A stretch of DNA of 64,000 bases from Lytechinus pictus (lineage: Eukaryota). The position numbers and the translations under genes are program-made. The notes under the pieces were generated by a model. The model was not told the DNA's origin and did no database searches. It saw nothing but the letters and a program-made list of their open reading frames with translations. The DNA is taken from assembly GCF_037042905.1 (NCBI RefSeq), contig NC_087247.1, positions 14,818,001 to 14,882,000 of the forward strand, in the 5' to 3' direction. Shown piece by piece: positions 13,108 through 25,000 of this stretch; within the stretch, counting starts at the first letter, position 1; every line of letters begins with the position of its first letter.

Positions 13108-14802
13108 CCACTGTCCATATATGATCAATGTTCAGATAATGACAATCTTGCTGTTGTGGCTATCCTTACATTTGTAGAGAAACTATCTTTTAATTTAAAG
13201 GCCAATTGATATCATATATGATTTATCTATTGATTTCTCGGCCGATCTTATAGCAGAATTACATGGGATATAAAACCGAGCATGAGTGGCAAGGATTTTA
13301 TCAGGTTTTGAGCAAATTCTCTTGTCAGTAAATTAATAGCTCATTTCTTTGTGGCATTTTGATTAAAGTCTTCAAATGATTTTTTTCTTCAGATTTCATC
13401 TTGAATGTGTCACGATGGTCTGTCATCTATATTTGATTTCATTTTGACTAGGCCTATGTGCAGTTGAAAATCTGTGTAGGAACCAGATCCAGAATATGTT
13501 GACTGATGGATATTTAGTTGAAAACCTAATAATCATAATCAGTCTTTTTGACTTTATCAATGCGGTTTTTGGACTAGGTTAAGTTGCATATTTCATGCAT
13601 CGCCTTTATATTGTGCAATTTTTTTCATCAAGGGTGTTGTACCTTTTTTCACATTTTCATTCTCATTTTTTAGCTGAATATAGGGTATTCATAATGATGA
13701 GAAGCAATGCTTTTCCTATTTAATGATAATATGCACTGTTGTTCATTTTAGTTGGCATTGTTTCTTTTACTGCCTGCCTTTTTGACACTCAGTTTGGTGT
13801 TTGCTTTGATGCCATATGAGTGTACTAATATTACTCCTGAAAAAGCTATATTTATCATTTATTTCATAATCAAAATGCTTGTTCATATACATGAATCATG
13901 GGATCATGGGATTGAAATATAATTGTTTCGCCAACAACAACAAATTGTCTGTTTGTGTTACAGTCTGTATTTCATTAAGTGTTCTGAATATCATTGTTTT
14001 CTATGATGGTTGCATGAAATGCCTGGGCTGTATTGGAATTTGTTTTACTTCTTTATTTCATTGCTTGTTTAATAGTTATGTATTTTACGCATTATTTTAT
14101 TATTAATTCAATGCATTTTATTGGTCAGGCTCTTATCTTTGCTTAACATATTTGTTATGTATTCATTCTCAATGTATATAATGAATGTAAATGATGTACT
14201 TAGATGGTGTTCTTGGGGCTTACTTTGACCTTTTTTTAAAGACTTTAAAAAGGATGTTGCAGCTGACTGTATTTTACAATCTTAGTTTTGATGTATCATG
14301 ACATTATAGTTCTTGCCCTTTAGTTACCCCTATTAAAGTTATTCTCATAATTTATTAATTCATAATGTGAACATGACACAGGCATGGTAAATGTTACAGG
14401 TGTTATTGAAATGCTTATTGTATATTATGTCCTGACATTAACCTGAATTTTTTTTTTGATGGTTATTTAAAATTTTGCTTCATTTATTTCATTTATTTTG
14501 TATTGGATAATCATTTTGGGAGAATGGCAGACCATAGTATAATTATGTTAAGTATGCATATTTTTTTCTTCATTTTTCAAAAGTACATTGGAAACTCTAG
14601 ATAGCTATGCTCTGCACTAACAAACATTTCTACGAAGAAAGACTCTGCTTTATGATTATTGTATTATTTACTGTGCATGCCATTTTTAATGTTACAATGT
14701 AAGTGAAACTTTATATCAGACTTGTATGTTCATTAACCCTTCAAATCCCATTACTTTTAAACTGACTTCCACTGTACATGTCACTTAGATGGCAAGGTCA
14801 CA

Positions 14803-14983
14803 GGTGAGTGTTTCGTAAAGCTGTCCTTAAGTTAAGAGCGACTTTAAGAACGACTGGTGATCCTTTCTTGTGGTAAATGATATACACCAAAATGTTCATT
14901 GGTGATTGTTTAGCGTGTAAGAATGGTTCACCGGTCGTTCTTGAAGTCGATCTTAACTTACGAACAGCTTTATGAAACACCCC
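14803..14983. mobile_element. Foldback MITE
   Basis: ~70-bp imperfect arms GTGTTTCGTAAAGCTGT..TAAGTTAAGA.CGACTT.AAGAACGAC and the reverse complement. Confidence 0.85.
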
Positions 14984-15278
14984 ATGCAGGTATATGATTT
15001 TCATAATGTACTCTAATCATTGTACTATTCCACTATGAATTGGTATCGTTGCAGGAAAAGGGATTTTATTGACTATCTTTTGTAAAGTAATGATTTAAGC
15101 TTGACTTCCCTTCTTTATAACAGCACTTTAAATCCACTTCTTCAAACCAAGGTAATTTTAATGTGGTAGTTAGATATTAGTATCATGTCCCTAAAAAAGT
15201 TCCTGACAGCAGAACTCTGATTGTTAATGTTATTTATTCCAAAGTTTACTTGTTATGATCAATGTTTATTTTTTCCTC

Positions 15279-15861
15279 TTTGTCTCGCCTGAAAGAAATT
15301 CAATCACCTTTTTTGTTGGTCTCTTATCTTAGTCCGTTGGTCTGTTCCAAAAATCTTAAAGATTTTGTTAAACTTGCTCTCATTTATTTCTGCACCAATT
15401 TGTTGACACATGGTAGGCCTACATATCATCCTTGGTTAATACCACATGTGTGTCCATGCAGGTGGTGGGGTCAAAGGTCATTTAGATCAAAAGGTCAAAT
15501 GATATTAGGTCATGTCCGATCTTTTATTGTTTTTTAAGTTTTTGTTCAACTTCATCAATTACCACATGTGTGTCAATGAGAGTGATGGGGTAAAAGGTCA
15601 TGTAGGGGTCAAAAGGTCAAATGATATGAAATCATGTCCGATCCTTTAAAAATAAAATAAAGTTTTTGTTCAACTTCCTGTCATTTTTTTATATCTGCAT
15701 CAATTATGTTGACACTTAGTACTTAGTGATCTTTGGGTAATACCTCACATGTTTTTATGAGGGTAACAAGGTCAAAGGTCATCTAGGGGTCAAAAGATCA
15801 TATTTCATATTTTATTGATTTCGAAATCAGGCGAGATTTGTGGTTCGTGAACCACCTTGTT
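15279..15861 (+). mobile_element. HINE-like (Helentron-associated) element with GGTCAAAGGTCA-containing core repeats
   Basis: 5' subTIR TCTCGCCTG, 3' subTIR CAGGCGAGA followed by hairpin GTGGTTCGTGAACCAC (15840-15855), T-rich flanks, ~120-bp internal tandem units. Confidence 0.75.
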
Positions 15862-16570
15862 CTGATTGGTGTTACATGTATGTTCAATTATTTGTGTTAC
15901 TGTTCCAATTATTCATGTGGTGATATTGGATACATTTACCTGTACTTTGTTAGCAGAATTCAGTCATTATAGACATGATTATGTTAGATCATCATTTATG
16001 TCCATTCAGTTGGCTTAATTCATTGACAAATATATTTTCATTGTATGAAATTTATCTGATTCCTTTATATCATAATGTATGATATGTAAATAGTGTAAAT
16101 TTTCATAAATTTTTGTCAAATTTTAGAACATCTTACAAAGAATCAACATTAAAGATGAATGATCATGTTGTTCAGAATTATAATATTGAAATTTGTGTCT
16201 CTTGCATTATTTTTGTAAGAATTATAGATATTTGTATTGAAAAAAAAATGAGATCTCTCCACGTATTCAAGAGTAATATTATAAGCATTGGTTGGGGGTC
16301 CATGTTATTTCATGACATGAGTCGATGACATTAACAAATGAACACAATTTGATTTAGAACTATTGAATTGAAACTTAAAAAAATATAGGCTTCTAAATGC
16401 TATAGCTGCATTACACTCCAGAAATTTGACAGAAAATTACTATAAAAGGTTTATGAAAAACAATTTTGTGAAATAAATTTGGTAAATCTTTGTCAGCAGC
16501 TCATATAGCCCAACCAACCCCCCCCCCTCAGCTGATTAATCATACTTCTAGATTGCTTAAAGATACTTAA

Positions 16571-17153
16571 AGGAGAATGAAACCCTTGAAACCAGCTGAA
16601 TCCATATCAAAGAGAAAAATCAAAGAAAAATATTGTTGAAAGTTTGAGGAAGATTGAATGAATAATAAGAAAGTTATGAGCATTTGAATATTGAGATCAC
16701 TAATGCCATGTAGTTCCTCCCATTGGCAATGCGACCAAGATCTGTGATGTCACACACGTACAACTCCCTCATTACTTTAGTACTTATTTCACTTATATTC
16801 TCACTTTTATAGTGTCTATGACAAGGTGAGGTTTTCTCTTTATGAGAGGACAAGTACAGAGGTTTCACAACATTATATCATTGATGAATCGTTTGTCATA
16901 TGATTAGAACGAGCAAAAAGAGATGTTTTGGGTATATTTTCAGTGTCCAAAAGGGGAGAGTTGTTCATCTGTGACATCATAGATCTTGGTCGCATTGCCA
17001 ATGGGAGGATCTCCATAGCATTAGTGATCTCGACATTCAAATGCTCATAACTCTTCTATTGCTAGTCCTATTTTACTCAAACTTTTGTTGATCTTATTCT
17101 TTGATTTTTCTGCTTTCACAAAAGCTAACTTGCTCCAAGAGTTTCATTCTCCT
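16571..17153. mobile_element. Kolobok-like MITE (family B)
   Basis: TTAA|AGGAGAATGAAAC...GTTTCATTCTCCT|TTAA; long inner inverted arms 16678-16753 and 16971-17046. Confidence 0.88.
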
Positions 17154-17549
17154 TTAAAGAATGGAAATGGTTTAGGCGTTTTACCCCCCCCCCCCTTCAC
17201 AGGCTTTTGCAATGGAATCCAGCAAAATCATACAGGTATATGATACAGGTAAAGCTAGGAAAGTAACCCCCAAAATTGTAGGATTGTTCAAATTATTATG
17301 GAAAATTTTTCAAACCTCCATTTCAATATTTTTCTTCCTAAAGTGACCCCCGAAAATATACTTGCCCCCCCAAAAAAAAAGAAAATTAAAAATAACAAGT
17401 ATGTGCATGCATAGGGGTGGGGGCTACCAAAACACCAGTGTTGCTCTTTTTTATTTTTATTCTTACTTTTACCCAAAAAAAGGGTTCGCTTCCTCTTGCC
17501 TCTCTGTTTTTTTTATTCTAAAAAAGCAAATATTATAGGCTACCATTGA

Positions 17550-18300
17550 ATGGGGAATGAAACACTTGGAACAAGTTAGCTTGTGTGATCTGAAAGGAAC
17601 AAAATAATCAATGAAAGTTTGAAAGACAAAATTAATGATATTTAGAAGCATTTGACTACAGAGATCACTCGATGTGGACATTCTCGCATTGGCAATACAA
17701 CCAACATGTTGCCACACACAACCCCTATAAAGCTTTCTGCAGATATTTTACTTGAATTATCTTTATTTTCCAAGAAGATCCATAGACGAGGTGGTTTTGT
17801 TTCATGGGAGGACATTTTAATGAAGGTTTCATAAAATGTATCGTGGGCAAAGATTGTTGCTATCATTAAGATAATGAAAAAAAAAAATGTTTGGGTATAT
17901 TTTAAATGTATAAAGGGGTGAGTTGTACTCCGGCCGGGGCGGATCCAGAATTTTCCAAAAGGGGGGGGGGCACATTTTCCTTGTGAAAATTTGACAAGCA
18001 AGCAAAAAAAAAAGGTCCTCACTTTCAAAAGGAAAACGGTATATTAAGTTAAAACCGTATATTAACATTACAAATTTTGATTATGGCTCTCAATGGGGGG
18101 GGGGGGGGGGGGGGGGGGCACGGGCCGGCTGTGCCCCCCCCCCCTGGATCCGCCACTGGTTGTACTTTTGTAATATCACAAATCCTTGATCACATTACCA
18201 ATGAGTGTCTATCCATAGCATTAGCATTGAGAGTAACACTCATTGCATTCGTGATTCAGCATTCTAATGCTCATTGTTAGTCTATTGTTCTCAAACTAAT
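17550..18300. mobile_element. Older diverged copy of Kolobok-like family B interrupted by a hAT MITE
   Basis: gaatgaaacacttggaacaagttagctt...agcatttga...gagatcact...cattggcaat arms are similar to 16571-17153. Confidence 0.65.
17930..18158. mobile_element. hAT-type MITE with 8-bp TSD (related to 12835-13107, opposite orientation)
   Basis: GGCGGATCCAG...CTGGATCCGCC; TSD GTTGTACT at 17922-17929 and 18159-18166. Confidence 0.88.
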
Positions 18301-18329
18301 AATATCTTCTTCATTGTGTTCCTACGTGT

Positions 18330-19390
18330 TAAAACGTGCTTAAAATGTTCCCTTTCGGGTCAGTATATCACACTCCCATCATTGAGATAATTTGAACAGT
18401 AGTTCTTTATTTAAAAACGTCCTAATTTACAGCTTTCAGATTGGAATATAAAATGTTTCATCTTTGCGCCTGTGTCATTTATTGAGCAAGATATACCCAC
18501 CCTTTTCATGTTTATAAAAAGTGAATGGAATGTCCCTAAAAAATCACCTCACGCATTAATTCTTTACTGGATATCTTGTTCTTTATGAAAAAAATAAAAG
18601 GTTATTACATTGTCAATATTTACAGATAGGAATAATTATCAACAATTTTCTGCTCGCGCTTCAAAGCTCATGCACATAGTGTTATTTTAGATATCCATTC
18701 TGTTAAAAAAATGCTTAGAATCTCCCGTTTAAGGTCTAAATCGCAAAAAATCAGCTCGCGCTTCGCGCTGCCACAAATTATAAATTTTTGATATTCCGAC
18801 CTAAAATTTGATATGCACATTTAACTGTCCAAGTTTAGGTCGGAATATCAAAAATTTAACCTCGCCCTTCGCGCTCTTATCAATTGTTTAGATAGCCATC
18901 TTGGTCATGGTTACAAAAAGTACTTAGAATGACAAGTTTCCAGTGAAAATGATAATTTTCAGCTCTCGCTTCGCGCTCTCATTGGTTGGTGAGATGTGTA
19001 TCCTCCTCGATCGTGAGCCTCTGCAAACACTAAGTCCGAAACAGGTCCCTTGACTCCCTTATCATGTCATATTACCAATTTTGGCACGCGCTTTGCGTTC
19101 ACATTATTTATACTTTATGAGACACCTTATCTTGTTCTTAATAATAAAGTTAAAAATGTAACTGCAGCAGCCTTTATCTTTTAGCGGCCGATCTGGGAAA
19201 GATGGATTACAATAATAAATTGTCTTCCGCCCCTAGCCTCACTCCCTCCTATTGGCGAAAGTTAGATCCGTCCCTGGAAGTAACAGAACTAAACATGAGT
19301 TCGGGCCTGATCATTGAAAGTAGAAAGGTCCACTTTTTACAATTCAGACCCCCCCCCCAAAAAAAAAAAAAACTGGCTACGGGATATACC
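18330..19390 (+). repeat. Diverged ~100-bp-unit repeat carrying the GCTCGCGCTTCGCGCT motif (probable internal repeats of an old DNA element)
   Basis: Motif variants near 18653, 18755, 18861, 18962 and 19085. Confidence 0.7.
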
Positions 19391-19866
19391 CATCTAATAT
19401 TGTATCATCTCCTACTCTATAAGTATCTTCTGCTTTGTATCTTTGTACAAATAATTTTTTATTAAAAAATGTTTGAAAAAAGAAGGAAGACAATTAGAGG
19501 TGGATATTTGTTGTGCGTTATGTGTTCTTTATTTTGTGATGATAAAGATGAAGAGAGGAGAAAATGGTGGTAAGAATGACGACAGTGTTCAGATTTTCAC
19601 ATCAGTGCCATGGGAAGAGCGCCCCCACTTTTTAACTTGTTAAGCAAACGATACTGAACCCCTTTTGAACATGCATATACTTCAATTTAGGGCAAATCAG
19701 TTCACATGGAAAATCATTTAATTGACATCCACAAACACACAAAATGATCGAATGGCAACAATTATCCTCATTTTATTGGAAAGGGTATAGTCCTTGCAAA
19801 TGAAAGAAATGAAGATATTAATTGATATAGGCATTAAAAAAAAGTGAAGACGATTATTTTTCCACT

Positions 19867-20176
19867 GATATAATAATAATAACGCAGTTCTTGTATTTTT
19901 TTTTTAGCGCATATCACATGTAATAACGTCCCTATGCGCCTCCGAAGGACTTGGATATTATTCCCCTGGCTTTAGCCCCGCAGCTTTATACAGCGCGATG
20001 GCATTTCATGGATTAAATTTCTGCCAGGTACCCATCTCACCTCGGTTGAGTGCAGCACAACGTGGACGAATTCCTTGCTGAAGGAAATTACGCCCCGATT
20101 ACGCCATGGCTGGGATTCTAACCCACGACCCTCTGTTTCAAAGTCAGAAGACTAATCCACTGGGCCACAACGCTCC
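19867..20176 (-). mobile_element. tRNA-derived SINE with (TTA)n tail
   Basis: Minus strand GGAGCGTTGTGGCCCAGTGGATTAGTC...GGGTTAGAATCCC...ATGGGTACC...tail. Confidence 0.88.
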
Positions 20177-20805
20177 ACATATTGATATTGCCATATCCCA
20201 TCAAAGGCAATTCACTTTAAAATTGAAAAAAAATTATCGAGCTAGATCATAGTGTTAAAGGACGGACTCCATCCCAACGAAAAGTTTATTTTAATAAAAA
20301 GAGAAAAATTCAATAAGCACAACACTGAAAATTTCATCAAAATCGAATGTGAAATAAAAAAGTTATACATATATCTTTCGCTAAATTTCACAAAACATGC
20401 ACATCCTGGTATAACCTTTATAATTATCATTATCCTTTATGTTTGTTTGCGATGGACAGGGCGGGGGGGGGGGGGTAGGCTGCATGGCTAGATTTGATTC
20501 TCCAGAAAAAAAAATTGAGACGATCAGAGGCCCGTTGCAGAAACTTTTTGCAATCAAACGCAACTCTAAATATCTTACGCAACTGTTAAAACAAATATTT
20601 ATGTTTTTATTTTAAATCTTATCATAAAAAAATATGCAACTCGACCAATTATCAAAAGCGTGATGGGCTCAATCATGACTACTCCCGGATTTTTTTTAGA
20701 CAACCTGCCTGGTTGTCATATTTTATGTTTTCATCTTGGCCTTGATATTTTTATAAATAATCGCTGAAGTCATTTTCGAGTTATTGGTTCAATCATAATA
20801 GTAGC

Positions 20806-20976
20806 CATAGGCGGCGGAAGCGGGGGGGGGGGGGGGGGACGTGTCCCCCTAAATTTGAGGTGGGGGGACGATCCCCCCTAAATTTCTTGTTGATGACCTT
20901 TTTTTTTTGTTTTTTTTTTGCTTGTCAATTTTGTTTCCTGCGTCCCCCCTAAAATTTTTGGCTTCCGCCGCCAATG
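20806..20976. mobile_element. hAT-type MITE with 8-bp TSD
   Basis: TIR CAT(A/T)GGCGGCGGAAGC; TSD ATAGTAGC at 20798-20805 and 20977-20984. Confidence 0.9.
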
Positions 20977-21399
20977 ATAGTAGCCAAGATAATAACATAA
21001 CATGACTTTTGTTTTAAACTTGAGCTAAATGGTTTTTAGGCTGCCTTCCCCTACTCCGTAAAGTTTACCAGGAAAATATTACTAATAGCCTATAGGGCCT
21101 ATATTTCGATGATTTGTTCTCACCAAAAGCAAAAAAAAAACAAAAACAAGTAGGCAGTCCAAAATTCGGCAAATTGGAGAATGAGCAGAAAAACTGTAAA
21201 TATTGTTTAAAAATGGAAATATTCAGCTGTTGATAATCTTAATATCTTTGATCTTATAACATTAAATTTTGCTAGAGTCTCGAAAAGACTGGTAAAAACA
21301 GTCAAATTTGCTCTTATTCAGTTAAAGCAAATTGCACTATTAAGTTTACAAGCGGTCTAATCCTGAAGTGTACACCGTTCACTACTACTGAAGCCATCA

Positions 21400-22000
21400 G
21401 CTGTTTTTAAATGGTTTAGGCCGAATGCACACACACAATTCCCGGGTTCCGCCGTGGGAACACAACACGTTATGAGATGCGCGCGCAGACGTGATCAATC
21501 CAGAGGAATTCTGGGAAGGTTGCGAATTTTTTGTCCGCCATGTTGTTATGTATAAAGGCGGAAAATTTACCGTTATTTTGCCTTCATTTGTGATTTTTAG
21601 CACATTTCTCCAGATTCTATCTGAATGAGAGGACGGATGATACCACTATTTCTGACTTCAGCTCGGTGATTTTGGCCTATTTGGCCTATAGAGGCACATT
21701 CTGGCATTTTTAAGGGATCGTTGACACTCCGTCATCATGAGCAAGCTAAGTTTTCGAGCTCGGGCTCCCGATCCCGCGAAGCCGATGCCCATCTACACAA
21801 CAGATGAGCTTCCAGATTTGCCTGATTTTTCCACTACCAATCGGGCAGTTCCTCAAATGCCCACAGGAATGGAAAAAGAAGAAGAATCGGTAGGTTTTTG
21901 TTTCATGCAAATTAGTCCGTTGGTCTTGCATATATAATGAGGTTACCCGGATCTGGCGGCCATTTTGAAATCACGCCCTTTTTGGCGGGACCGACGTTTT
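21400..22000 (+). promoter_or_regulatory. Probable EPC promoter/5' region with YY1-type motifs
   Basis: Local CpG enrichment around the first coding exon; CCGCCATGTT at 21535-21544 and GGCGGCCATTTTG at ~21955-21967; TSS not determinable. Confidence 0.55.
21737..21889 (+). CDS. EPC1: EPC exon 1
   Basis: ATG...GAA TCG|gtaggt; MSKLSFRARAPDPAKPMPIY...MPTGMEKEEES. Confidence 0.95.
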
Positions 22001-25000
22001 TTGCGAGACGAATAATTCATATTGTTTTGCGACATTTATTGGTTTGTTTTCAATGAGATATCTATTCACGGTTATTTATTAGATGCTTTCATTATTCAAA
22101 TTAAGAAATATGTGAACTGAAGTAAGTTGATTCGATTTAGAATTCGATTTTTGAAAGTTTTTTCCTCTGTGAAATGTTGACTTCACCCATTTTGAGAATG
22201 GACGGTCCCGCATGCGTCACATGCTAATAATTAGGTCACCGTATTATTTTTAAACCAAATTGAGTTATTTTTTATTAATTTTTTATTTAAACATGTATGA
22301 GCTGTTTAATGATGATGATTTTTTTTTCAGCTGTACAAAAAGAAGAAATTTTAAGGTTATGATACACTTGTGATATTTATTCTCCACTGCATGCTCATGA
22401 ATTATTCATAAGTGGATGATGAATGGTGGACAAGTCCATTATGTGTAGATAGGGTTAGACTTAGAGGGAAAATTTCTGTGTTGTGCAATAAACTCTGACA
22501 TGTGCACGATGAATGTAAACATGATTTCACTATTAAAATGTACATTTATTTGTTTACATGAAATGATGAGTTGACCTTAATTTGAATTATTGATTCTGAA
22601 TTTTTTAATGAAACCAACTTGGCCTTTTTTTCCCCTGAAATTAGAAGTCTACATGTACACAGTCACAGTAGATTTACCAAAGAAGTTCATAAGAACAAAT
22701 TAAGAGCAGAAATGTTATTGACAGGCTGACAAAATCTTAGAATATGACCAATACACAGAATACAGATATTTATTATTTTGTTTGTGCAACTTTTTTTTTT
22801 TTAATGTTTAGACATGTGTCCTCCTTTTCCCAATTTTCACATGTCAGATTTTTTTTTTTACAATATTAAACAAATATAGGGGTCTAATGATAATAATTAT
22901 ATGATATTAATAGTAATAATAATGATAATAATTATGATAATAATGATTATAATTTAATAATGATAATGTAATTTATAATATTGATGATGATGATATTAAT
23001 AACAATGATAATATTTTAATAACAATAATGATAATATTAATAACAAATAATATAAATAACAATAATGTGGTAGGCACTCATTCAATGAACAAGGTTATGA
23101 TATAACATTGTTCTCTGTTACTATTTATCCCCTGTGTGGAGAAATAAGGTTGGCAATGTTTGGCTTATTTTCTCTTGTTCTTGTGATTTTTTACACTGTC
23201 AATTTCCATTACAACTATTCATCGTATAACTTGGCTTGAAGTAAATTGAATTCTTTTGATTATTTTTTCCATATTAAAAATGAAGAATGTAAATGTTTTC
23301 TTGCAATTTTACTCTCCACCAATAGAGGGCCTACACAAAAGTATGCCCAAAATTCAAGTTTTTATGCTCTCTGGTGAATGAAAAAATGATCCCTAAGCTA
23401 TATGAATTAAATTAAATTGCAGATGTATGGAAATGAGTATATTTGGTTACAAAAGTGGTATTTTAATGATTTTTTTTTAATGTGTGTTGTATACTGCATA
23501 GATCCACTTGTAGGCCTATACATGTAGATTCCCACAGGCAGGGTGGTTGTAGTGAACAAGTGATGGTAGGGTCTACATGTAGTTATGTTTATTTTATGCG
23601 CTTTGACCAAAAATTCTTTTTTTCCTTAAGTTGTGAATTATTAACTTGGGGATCTTTTTTTTTATTCAGAGTGCACAAAAAATGTGATTTTGAGCATTTT
23701 TGTGTAGGCCCTCTATTGATTGAGAGTCATTTGCCCAGTTTGCCAATAGCTAAGTTTTTTTTAAGTTTTAAAAAAGATTTAAACTGATAAAAAACCTCAT
23801 AATTTGACATTTTTAAAATCAACATTTCACAAAATCCCACAAACGTCCAGACTATAAAAATATTATTAGTTTAATTTGTGATGCTACATGTATGTGTCAG
23901 AACTGCGGCCAAATGCAACAGGTCGTGTAATTTCAAATCATATTTCAAGATATATTGCAACTTTTATATTTGCTGTTCCCTGTAAAAGTGAGCAATGTGT
24001 CTGCTCATATTATCCCACCAGAGGCAGCGTAGAGTAATTCGGGAGTAATTACTACAAAAGCATTTTTCCTTTTGTAATTCACCTATAAGTTTGACTTTAG
24101 GAATCTTTGGTCTACAATCTGCAAGAAATATGCAATGAAACACATGTGTAACATATTTTTACCATTGCGGCATCAAAGTGGCAATAAAGAGAAAGTGTTG
24201 GATGGTTCCCCTTGTCTTAAAACTCCTTGACTCAACCCAGGTGAGGTACATGTAAATGGGTACCTGCAGGCAGTAATTCCTCAAAAAGTTGTGAGCACCG
24301 AAAAAAAAGAATACCAGCTTAGCCAGGGTAATATAGGAGCACCTTGAGCACCTAACATGGTGGATACATGTGCTAGATACAAGTTACGTATTATTTATTT
24401 ATTATTCATAATGCTGAAAATTTCATTGAAATTCAAATATGTGAAATATAGTCTTGAAGTTTGGCTTGGTTTTTTACAAAACATTAAGAGAGGGAACCTA
24501 TGACACCCATTCAAATCATAAATGCTTTATACCGGTATCATACATGTATTCAATTCTATGTGTGAGTTGTAGCATCAATGATGAAGAGAAAGTGCCAGTG
24601 TCTCCTTCAGGAGTCGCTCTAGCTTTGGATTAATTTTTGTCCTGCATCAGAATTTTATCAAGTTTAAGGTTTTTTTTTTATAAATTAATTTCAAAATTTG
24701 ATTAATTCAACAGGAGCATCATTTGCAAAGGGCTATTTCAGCACAGCAAGTGTATGGCTCAGCAAATCATCTGGTTATTCCAACCCCTGAGGTTCTCTCC
24801 AACCAGGAACTGTATGAAAATCTGTATGATGCAAGCTGCAAACAAAACAGACAGTACATTCATGTGCAGCGTGAGTACAATAATTCTTTCGTGACTTCCC
24901 TTTTGCCTTCTTTCTCTACTTTTTATCTTGAATTTTCCTGTTGACATTTTTTGTGCTGTATGTGTATCAGATTAAGTTCCGTTGAAGTTTGTGTGGGGGG

